DNA of 64,000 nucleotides from Catajapyx aquilonaris (Eukaryota): positions 1-64,000 of the forward strand of contig JYFJ02001779.1 of NCBI GenBank assembly GCA_000934665.2, written 5' to 3'. Of the stretch, positions 54,901-64,000 are shown one piece after another. The notes beneath the pieces were generated by a model. The model did not search any database. It saw only the letters and a program-made list of their open reading frames with translations, and was not told the DNA's origin. The translations under genes and the position numbers were made by a program. Numbering within the stretch: the first letter of the stretch is position 1; the number at the start of each line of letters is the position of its first letter.

Positions 54901-57900
54901 GGAAACTTTCAGGTCGACTAGATTTTCGCGTGTATGAGGTGTAGCAAAAAGATTGCGACCTTAGCCATAATCGCAAAAGAAATACCATAGTTAATTTTGA
55001 GAGACTTCCTCTTCGTTGCAAGATAATCACACTTGATGTGGAGTGAAGCAAATCATGTACATATCACCTTTTCTGGCAGGCGACAAGAAATTAGCGGGCC
55101 AGCTTTCAAAAGAGTGTGCGACAGGTGACATGCGGCTTGTTCAGGCTTGTTGGACCCCGAGTCATCTGCATTTGAAAGCTGCCGGAAAGAGGAAACGCCG
55201 TCAATGTTAGGCTCCCGCGACACTACACATCGTCATTTAATTAGCTAAATGTTCGAGCTAATAATTATCGCTAATAATTGAACTAATGGTGGTTTTATAA
55301 CCAGCAGCCTCACAGCTTCGGGTTCATGAGTGTGTGCGCAACATGCGACCTTGTGGTTTCCTAAAATCTCATTTGCGGTCGAGTAGGGGTCCTCGACAAT
55401 GGCCGATGTCGAATCCTCCCCGGATTCATCAATCACACATCCCGCACACGCCCCTGACTCTTATCCGGAGATATAATGTTTGGGGCGGCCTTCAATCCGG
55501 AGGCGGCGTCTCGTGAAGCACAACCATGCTTCTCTTTTTGTTGCCGGCCACCAAATATTGGGGGATGTCCGGCACAGGCGAAACCTTCTTCACAAACCCG
55601 AGGAGATTTATGGAGGTCGCCTGCATGGGTCGGAATTGGTAGCCATTGGATGCTTATCAATTGGGTCCAACTTTGTCTTCCAAAACTTTGATTGGATTTG
55701 TGCTGATCGTGTGCTGCAGACGTGCCATTTAGAGCTGGAATCCGGGACGCAGACCAGAGATCGACAAAGTTCATCGGTTGTAAATTCAATAGTGGACTGA
55801 AAATGGCAGTGGGAAAAGGCTCGTGTTTGGAGCAATATTGGTTCAAATTTCACATGTATTTTCTGTATCATACTCGTGCCAAATGTTTCCAAAAAGATCG
55901 GTTTCAGTGTCATTTTTTTGTCTAAACAGTTGTTTCCAATAATGGTAAATGAAGAAGAGAGTTTTTTGACAATGTGAAATTTTTAAACATTTCTGCACCA
56001 CCCTGTGTTTACAGGCAACATGAAACCTGACGTTGCAGTTTAATATCGGATCGATAGAAAAATAGCTTTACCGCACCCAGTTGTTGTCAGCAGTACATGT
56101 AAATGTGGTGGATATTAGCCTATCGACACAAAAGGTGAATTGTTAGCTGTTGGATTTGGGAAGCTCGCACGGCGAATTTTAATGCTCGTTGTTTTTATCC
56201 ATTATCAAGCAAATTAACAACTGAACCCTTATTTGGCCCCCATTTCTTTTGTTCTCCCTGATAACAGTGTCCTGTCAGCGAAAAAATGGTAGTCCAAAGG
56301 TAAACACCTCCTGCCCAAGCACTGTACGCCGCCTGATGTGAACTGAGTGTAAATTCTTTTTAAATAGGGAGACACGAACCGTAAAATTAGTGCAACGCTC
56401 CGGAAAACTTCCTTTACCTTTGTGAAATTAGGCGTGGTTTTTTTTTATCGACAGTGAATTAATTTCCGAGTGCGGCGAAATATTCAACGTCATAAATTCC
56501 AACGCTTTTTCCTTATGTGATTCGGGGCTTGGTAAAATGCCTGAAGCACGCAAAGCTGGGGGAAAATATTGCTACTGTATTTCCGTCAAATAACTAGAGA
56601 TTCATGACTTGGTGCGGTTAATTGCGGGTCATCTCACTGCGGGTGTTGCTGGATGACTCCCTGCGGAGAGAGGTCATGGTCCTCAAAAGTTATGGTCTTT
56701 AAATTGACACGTAGCTCGAAACAGACGGACAGTAAATTGGCAATAAGTCTAGCCTTGTTAAAACCCGGGTTTCTCCCACAGTAAAATTTTTGGAAAAAGT
56801 AAGTCCATTAGCCTGGTCGGAAATGGCTTTGTCCCGAAGGCCCGGAATGTTTGACTCTCCCAACGGAGACAACTCTTTTCAATTAGAGACTTTCTGGTGG
56901 ACATAGGGATGATTTTGAACCCGGCAATTGATGGCTGTGATGAAGATAATGAGTGATGGTGATGAGAAGTCGCAGCTGCGTGATACGCGAGGCAGGTCAT
57001 TTCAGGAGCCAAGGACAGAATGCGTGCTGCGATTTTCAATTCTCGAGGTCACTGACAACAATACGGGGCACTACTGACGTCCAGAGAGGGAAATCGCGAG
57101 GTTTCTTCCTGCTTTTATTGCAATACTCGGTCGCCTACTGACCCACAAACAGAGGTGCGGCATATTCAATTTATTGCACTGCATCAGGTGCTGTTTATGC
57201 TCGTTTGAATAATGAATCATGTTAAATCCAGGAAAAATGCACATACATTTCATCGCTAATTGATCAAGTTTTGCTCCGAACAATGTAACGCAGGAATTAA
57301 ATTACTTGCTCATATAACATCCAGTTCCGCACACTACATTTAAAAAAACGCAATATTTGACCGAAATTTAACCTGTAAACGTCCGGTGTTCTAAAGTTTA
57401 CAAGCGCCAAATAGTTGCGTTTACCTAACGTCTCATTCTCTACCCCCAGATTATTTTTCGCGTGTCACGCGGTGAGAAATGGATGCAAGGAAATTACTGT
57501 ACGCCTTAAGGGAACTCGTATATCAGTCACTCACGACATATATCTGGCAGGTATTGAAATGCAGACGCGACACTTGTTTTCCCTCTGAGAAACCGAAGCA
57601 CGTTCTTAGAGAGACAGCGCATTATTTCACGTGCTCTAATGTTCTTTTCGCTTCTTTTTTTTCTTCGGAAATATGGCGCTTTCTTTATGTTGTAATAAGG
57701 GTCTCAAGGCCTGTACCGTTTACACAAACCAGACACCCACACGATCGAGTACGTTAACATCAAGGTTTCAAGGTCAAGTTCAGATGCGTGCCGGGCTCCC
57801 TAGCCATGATTGTATAAAAATGGAAAAAAATATACTCCGACCTTTCGTGTACAAAGGTTGTTTATGCAATATTGTGACTTGCGATATCAGCAATGGTTAG

Positions 57901-58538
57901 AGCAGGTCAAGGCAGTTTACGCGATTCACTTGGTGATGTATGACATCCCGAAACTTGGTAACAAAAGAGTAGAAAGCTTCGGCCTTGAACCAGAATCCTA
58001 CCTGTGGAATGCTAAGCAGTGCACTGAGTATCCAAACCAAACTGATGAGTCGGTCGCACCTCTTGGACGTAATGCACTTCATGGGGTACCTGACCGCCAC
58101 GAAACGGTCAGCACCCACCAGCACCAGTACGAATGTGCTCAGGTACAGGCTGAACATCTGGAAGTACTTGAGCCCCTTACAAACAGCATCGCCTGCTTTC
58201 CATGCCACAGTGTAGCTCCAGACAGCTTCTCCGGTCAAGCAGAAGAAGGTCACGCACAGGTCAGCAATTGATAGATGGTAAATCAGGGAGTAAACAGAGC
58301 TCCGGCTACGTTTTTGTGTCCGTTGTATGCTTATCATGGTAGCCACGTTTCCGACGAAGGACAGGAAGGCCATCATGGTCAGCACTATAGTTTTGACCAT
58401 TGCGGCCTGGTTGAACACTGGTGCGTGCGGAAGACAGGTCACGTTCAGGCTGGTCACATTCAGCCCGTGGGAAGCCAGGTCCTCGCATTCTTCCAGCGGC
58501 AGGACCTGGTTGGACAGGAAGGTCACGTTGTCCTCCAT
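27577..58538 (-). CDS. CrzR: Corazonin receptor-like class A GPCR (GnRH receptor superfamily); 5 coding exons, complement(join(58002..58538,40825..41008,38005..38204,36303..36436,27577..27928)), 468 aa
   Basis: Spliced by hand: 537+184+200+134+352 = 1407 nt, one open frame ending TGA. All four introns are GT-AG with matching phases (0,1,0,2). Motifs: GN in TM1, LSIAD in TM2, DRF at the end of TM3, CWTPYY in TM6, NSVVNPVIYG in TM7. Segments HAPVF, RGPFYEEFYQCVTYGFY, EQLYTTF, AKMKSLRISVVIV and GIFFFGMSNS match my recollection of arthropod corazonin receptors rather than AKH or ACP receptors. No database search was run. Confidence 0.9.
36303..36436 (-). CDS. CrzR: CrzR coding exon 4 (TM7 and helix 8; LSKDLEMGIFFFGMSNSVVNPVIYGAFHLWRPRRR...)
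   Basis: Not in the ORF track; read directly from the sequence. Acceptor ATCGTTACAG|CTC, NPxxY motif, donor ACAAG|GTAAAG at 36302, phase 2. Confidence 0.92.
38005..38204 (-). CDS. CrzR: CrzR coding exon 3 (ICL3 and TM6; KNEEMFKTE...CWTPYY...DPDEH)
   Basis: Acceptor CTTTCTCGCTAG|AA completes the phase-1 codon as AAA. Donor CAT|GTACGT at 38004, phase 0. CWxP motif present. Confidence 0.92.
40825..41008 (-). CDS. CrzR: CrzR coding exon 2 (ECL2 and TM5; GVIFRVARGPFYEEFYQCVTYGFY...TFWTIA)
   Basis: Acceptor TTCTTCTTGCAG|GGA; donor GCTA|GTAAGT at 40824, phase 1. Contains the ECL2 cysteine and hydrophobic TM5. Confidence 0.93.
55470..56005 (+). mobile_element. Possible highly degraded mariner/maT-like 3' fragment in CrzR intron 1
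   Basis: Ends in TGCACCACCCTG, the reverse complement of a mariner-like CAGGGTGGTGCA terminus. Faint upstream motif echoes: VWGG (~55479), PLD (~55643), LKMAVGKGSCLEQ (~55797-55835). A possible partner end AGGGTGATACAG lies at ~54505. Weak. Confidence 0.3.
58002..58538 (-). CDS. CrzR: CrzR coding exon 1 (N-terminus to TM4; MEDNVTF...LLSIPQ)
   Basis: ATG at 58538 in ACAATGG context. Three N-x-T sequons (NVT) in the N-terminus, TM1-TM4 and a DRF motif. Ends CAG|GTAGGA, donor at 58001, phase 0. Confidence 0.92.
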
Positions 58539-58549
58539 TGTGTAATAAT

Positions 58550-58585
58550 TCAACCCGGAGCACTGGATGTCACTCTCACCACCAT
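58550..58585 (-). promoter_or_regulatory. Upstream ORF (MVVRVTSSAPG*) in the presumed CrzR 5' leader
   Basis: CACCATGG Kozak context, 11 codons, out of frame with the main ORF. Its TGA ends 11 nt before the receptor ATG. Presence in the mRNA is assumed. Confidence 0.45.
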
Positions 58586-59240
58586 GGTGTTTGAAGCCCA
58601 GAAACAAACAAACAAAAAAGCCCGGCTTTCTCTTGACCTTCTGAGCCAGCCCCCACCAATTGGTCAGGTGGGTGCTGAGGTTTTGACCCCACGTCCGACC
58701 CGGGGCTTCACAAACCCCGCTCTGAATGGATCCGAAGTGTGGCTGGGGAGGATAGCAAAGAGTTGGGAGGGTGGTGGCAGGAGGAGAAACTGAGCAAGCG
58801 CCGAGCTAATAGACTTGGTGTATATGTCACGAGTATAAGAGTGGATTAAATTCTGAAGTGAGAAAGTGTGTGGTAGACGGAGAGGTTTTACAAAGAAAGT
58901 AGAGATATTTTTCGGATTGGAATTGCCCATAATAGCTGCGAAATCTGAGGGGGTTTGTATGGAATAATATTCAGATATTTCTGATAGTCTTTTTTGGGGG
59001 GAATTGCTTTTCCGTGCTGTGCGCCGATTGCGTTATATCAAGCTATGCAGGTGGATTCATGTATTCCGAATCAGTTTTCAAATCAGCAATGTACGCTTCA
59101 CCAAACTTATGTGTATTGGAAGGAATTGGTTTCTTTGTGATGGGGGGTGGTGGAAAAAGTCCTATTTTTTCAGGCTTTGAGAAAAATGTGTGGCTTATTT
59201 CGGTACTGATGGTGATCTAGGCACAGTCATAGACGAAAAA

Positions 59241-60126
59241 TAAAGGGTGAGGCAAAATTAACTCCCATTTTAGAACGAGCTGTAAATTTTCACTTTGGCA
59301 TTTATTCATTACACGTGGAAGTAAAATAGTGCGAAATTCATTATGCATAGATACACGCCACAACAATGTGAAAAAATGGTGGCATTTTATGGCAATAAAT
59401 ACGTACGAGATTGAAAATGTTAGTGAAAATACGAAAATGAGTGACAAGGCACATTATTTTTCATCCTAGGGGTCATGTCAATAAACAAAATGTTCGATTC
59501 TGGGGAAGGGAAAACCACACATAATTCATTACCCTATACACTTCATTAGTCTACAAATATTACAGTGTAGTGTGCTATTCATGCCCAAAAAATATTTTTG
59601 AAACAATAATAGACAAACAACGATTTTTTACTGGTAAAAAGTATCGACAGAAACGATCCGGGATGTTTCAATTCCGGAAATTAAATAATAGGGTCTACTC
59701 AATATGTGGTTTCAACAAGGCGACGCAACACCGCATGAAGCCCGGATTTTGAAAGGCCTTTGTCTAGGTAAATTAATTTCTCATTTTGCTAATAAATTGT
59801 CATTGGCCTACACGATTACCTGATTTAACAGCGTCGGATTTTTGGGCAGATAATTTAACAGAGAACGTGTGCATGAATAAGCCACAAACACTTGACCATG
59901 AAGAACAGTAATCGATAAGAAACGTTCAGAAAAGTGATAAAAAGAGTCGCTGAATGCGGGCATCTGGTCAAATTAATTTTTGGAAAGTGGCAAGCAAAAA
60001 AATTTAAACACTAAATATAGGAATATAGGAAAATAGAGGTATTTTGGAAAAAATATATAGGCCTACCGTATGTCATTTATTTCAACATTAAACAAAATGA
60101 TGGAGTTATTTTTACCCCACTCTACA
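59241..60126 (+). mobile_element. Decayed, internally deleted Tc1/mariner element, rosa (DD41D)-like
   Basis: Imperfect TIRs AGGGTGAGGCAAAATTAACTCC (59244..59265) vs GGAGTTATTTTTACCCCACTCT (60102..60123), 18/22 match. Frameshifted motif remnants in the correct order: MSDKAH / GHVNKQNVRFWGREN (~59440-59515), MWFQQGDATPH (~59704-59736), WPTRLPDLTASDF (~59804-59842). Confidence 0.8.
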
Positions 60127-63100
60127 ACATAATTATGGCGAGTTGTGAGTCTAATCTAAGCGGTGTAATCTTGGGTGTAATATCTGCTCTAATTGCATAG
60201 TGCAGTAAATTGCTTGGTAAAATGCATCAGTACAAAGTTTAGGCACACGTTTTATGTGGAATGAAACAGGAGCTCCTTGCAACTACAAAAGTTGTTGAAA
60301 AGCACCTGTTTGAGCGAATCCCCGAATGGACGATCAAGGCCCGACTTTTCTCATTTTTCTCATATCCCTCCTGCCTCTCAGCACCAGAATAGTCGGCAGA
60401 ACAAACGTAGTTACCAAAATGTATCGAACTATTCTAGGTCAGAAACAAATGGTTATTTACGTCACACGGCCATAAAGCCATGCGCACTGTACAGTACAGG
60501 ATACTAAAAAATGAATTGTTTGCTCCAGTAACCAACTTAAAAAGGAGCAATAAGAAGTGATTGTTGCTCTTTGAACTAGTGGTTTGGTTCAAAATACAGT
60601 ATATTTGTAACTCACTCTTTCTTGACGTTTGAGATGGGACAAGCCTGATAACCGAATCTAGACTTCTTGTTGGCCCAAAAGTGACATGATGAAAGGAAGT
60701 GTCAGGCCCGACCCTTTTTTGGGCAAGGACTCGGGACCCCGTGAGGTGAAAGCGAAAATAATGTCAGTAGGTTGGTTTATCGAATGTTGGAGCGGCCTTG
60801 AGCGGGGGCATCTGACGATCGGTTGCTAAGCATGATGGAAAAGGGTGTCATTTGTAATGATGGCTCCTGGGTTCTCAAGTGGCTCAAGTCAGGTGGTAAT
60901 CAGGTCGAGCCGGCCTTTCCGGGTAATCTGCCTAAATAATCTAGGTACACTACCGCACCTCCTAGAGTCAACACGGATCAAAAATTAACGCGGTATTGTT
61001 TTTTGATGGAATCATAATATGCGGTTGGTTGAGTGGATGCATTTTGCTGGCATGATTTTGAACGGTGCATATAGCCTTGTTTTTTCATGTCCATTTCAGT
61101 GTGGTTAAATAGCATCTAGTTTAATTGGCGGATTTAGTCAGCAGACACTGGCTTAGTCCATGCACATGCCAATCACTCACCTCATCCAATCCAGTGACAT
61201 GGTGTGGACATTCTACTCGAGCGTAGTATTAACAGTATAAGTACCACCAAGCCTTCAGGGCTCTCAATTTGCAGCTGCCTTTCGGCATATTTCGGTAGTC
61301 CCGGCAAATAAGAGTATTCAAAGTTCATTTATTGCAACCGGATGCTATTGTTGTGTGCGCTTTGACCCGAAATGGAATACCTCTAACTGTCCACAAGGTA
61401 TAGGTTTACACAGAAACCGCGCCATTAATTGGAAAACGCCCGCCTTTTGCGTCCCAAAAGAGGGCAATGCGCAGCGGTTTCTTTCCACCGGTGGCAGCGG
61501 TAGGGTGTAATTAATTAAATGACAGGCGATACTCCACTGGAACATTGTGAAACAGCTCCACTAGATCGTGAACTGCGGGACAAAAAATTACGAGCAAACA
61601 CATGTGTCAACTGGCTCTTTAAGATGAATGGTATCCCAAAAAAAAATTGATTGAAAGTTACTAATTTTATAATTGTTTGAAATTTAAATTAACTATTACA
61701 GGTTAGCTTTTATAATATTACTAGATATATTTTTCTAGCGGCTCAATTTTAATTTTAATTATTTTCTTATTAACATCATGTTTTTACTACCCTTCATCTT
61801 GTTCGTGTTGACGGTTGCAGGATACGTTTTTCCGAACATTTTTTTGTCGTGTAGTACGCATTTCAATGAGCTTTAATTAATATTATGCCTCATAGTCCTC
61901 ACTCGTAATTTGAGCATCAGAGCGTACATATAGCTATTAGGCCTGCAAATGGACAGAAGCAAGACCTCTTTGAACCTCGTCGCTTAATATGGATTATAAT
62001 TTGCGGCATGTCATAGTCACGATTGATTTGCCTTCCTAATTAACACACTGGTCTAATAAGCCATGCATGTTCGCCCGATTTTTAAAAAAATTTAGCCGTT
62101 AGCGCTTCTGTAAATAATCAATACCTTTGTGCTTTAGAAACTTAGCGGTGCAGCATAGGGTATGGCACGGACACGTGCCGGAATTTATTGTTGCTTCGGC
62201 TACTTAAGAGGATGATGGTTAAAAATGAACGTGGATGGCGCTTCGGCCTCTCTGCATACCAATCATCAGCCTCAGGGCTTAGGTTAGGCGTTAGGGCTTA
62301 TACCCAACAGAACACAAGAGCTAGAAATGTTGCAAGGGGACGAAGAAGGTTGCCCGATTGCTTAAATTGCATCTGAATACTGCCTGAAGATAATGCGACG
62401 ATTTGCTTATGCAAATGGGTACCTTGCTCTGCCATCTATAAATTCTAGAAAATTCTGCTCTGGAGCTGAAGTGATTCCCGCTTCTATAATGCGTTTCTGT
62501 AGTTGCTTTTGGCACCTTGCGTCCCAGTTCCTATATAGGATCGGGTGTATATACTATCTTGTAACATTACCATGGAATTGTCCGGTTGAGTTCTCGTGGG
62601 AAGGTGATGTCCACTCGCGGCCTCGTGTCGTCCTTTGAGGTCGACATTGCATGTGGAGGAAAAACTACACCTCCTTAGCAATTCGGATGCAACATCCGAT
62701 ATACAGGAAAGGAGAGTAATTGACCTTTTTGGAAGGTGAGGGTCACTCTTGTATGATAATCGAGCCGTGTTGTTGCAAGCACTGGTCCGATCCTATTGGT
62801 CGGACCGATTTCCGCTAACATAAGTTTGGTGTCCCCCGACCCCTACTTATAAGGCAGCAGTCGGTATGTTCACTTTGAACCTTCGAATAATGAGAGTTTA
62901 TAAAAGAAGCGGAGATAAGAGGGGAAGAAATCCCTTGGAGACATGGTTAGATATCAAATACGCAAAATAGATGAGGTCATTGTCCTAAAAAAGTGGGGCT
63001 ATAGTGGGACACGTGATAGTCTCCAGCCTCATTAGGTCTCTAGTCATTGCTTGCACAAAAAGGGGAGCTATAGTGTAGGAGCAAAACAACTTGACAAGTT

Positions 63101-64000
63101 GGTGTCGTCATTGCGACAGCTAAAGTCAATGCGATTGCACGACGCAGGTGCTGCGTTCTATTCACCTGCGAGGAGAAAAAAAGGACAGATGACAGATAGG
63201 ACAGAAGGGATGGTTTCAAAAGGATGGATCTGATGTATATTTAGGGCCGTGTACCAACTCGAGATGGGGTTTATTTTCCTAAACGTATGTGTACATTTCA
63301 GGCGTCTGGATTGCGATCAAATATGATTCGCTGACTCAAGCAATAACGTGTCTGACGTATTGGACACGATGTCAGTTTTTTTAGTAATGGATGGCATGGA
63401 AACAAGTTGTGAAAGCGTCATCTGATTGAGTGCAAAAATACATGTTGGAGATACCAATCTTTTGTGTAGGTACGGTTATAACAGTGTTTCTGCGACCTTC
63501 AAAGTTTCACCTAGTTTTGCGACGCGTTGCTAATATTAGTAAGCCATCAGGCTGATTATCCGATTGCTGATATATAGGTTAGGAAATGCTTCCAAGGGAT
63601 GTTCTAACAAGGTTACCTTTGACTCGGGCCAAGCAGGTGATAGCCGGATGGATAACGCGAGGATAAAAATATCGATCGTTCTTTTGTACTCGACGTATTT
63701 TAGCAAGTTTCACTTCGCAAGAAACCGATATTGGTTCTAAATATATCATGCAACTATTGTAATTTATGGGGGGGCTACGTGTCGAAGTCGGCAAATGATA
63801 AAAGGTGGGTCTGCGTAATCAGTGTGACTCAGTAGTAAATGCGGTATTTTTACTTTGGTCAATACCTATAAGTCGGCTGCCCTCCTTCTAAACACAAGAG
63901 TGTTTCTGAAGCCATGTAATCTGATCGCGGAAGAAACAATGAAATTGTTAGAACCCATTACGTTGTTAGTAAAGTGCTCTGAAGTGGGTGCAGTTTAAGC

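Noticed and set aside
58539..58607. N-terminal extension MFLGFKHHGG... given in the ORF track
   Set aside because: Starts at a non-ATG codon; the first in-frame ATG is at 58538.
57810..58793. Plus-strand ORFs of 153 and 172 aa
   Set aside because: Antisense shadows of CrzR exon 1.
1..64000. Prokaryotic-type systems (CRISPR arrays, operons, defence islands), rRNA or tRNA genes
   Set aside because: None seen; the sequence is low-coding-density eukaryotic DNA with spliceosomal introns. A covariance-model scan was not possible, so small RNA genes could have been missed.

Overview
Eukaryotic, intron-rich genomic DNA, most likely arthropod judging by the receptor type and transposon content; the organism cannot be named from sequence alone. 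Most of the ORF track is spurious. (1) One complete minus-strand, 5-coding-exon class A GPCR of the GnRH-receptor superfamily with corazonin-receptor motifs: complement(join 58002..58538, 40825..41008, 38005..38204, 36303..36436, 27577..27928), 468 aa. All four introns are GT-AG and phase-consistent, and an 11-codon uORF in a strong Kozak context precedes the start. (2) A plus-strand piggyBac-family element (~20045..22912) whose transposase has two spliceosomal introns, a +1 frameshift near 21729 and a 122-bp near-perfect hairpin insertion. That insertion starts with GT (from its duplicated GTAC) and ends with CAG, so precise splicing would restore the frame; it is an introner-like candidate and the most unusual feature here. 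(3) Smaller mobile remnants: a 93-bp TAA-flanked Tourist-like MITE, a decayed rosa/DD41D-like Tc1/mariner element just upstream of the receptor, and a weaker mariner-like relic in intron 1. (4) The first ~20 kb has no recognisable gene apart from one candidate orphan exon (2162..2497, minus).
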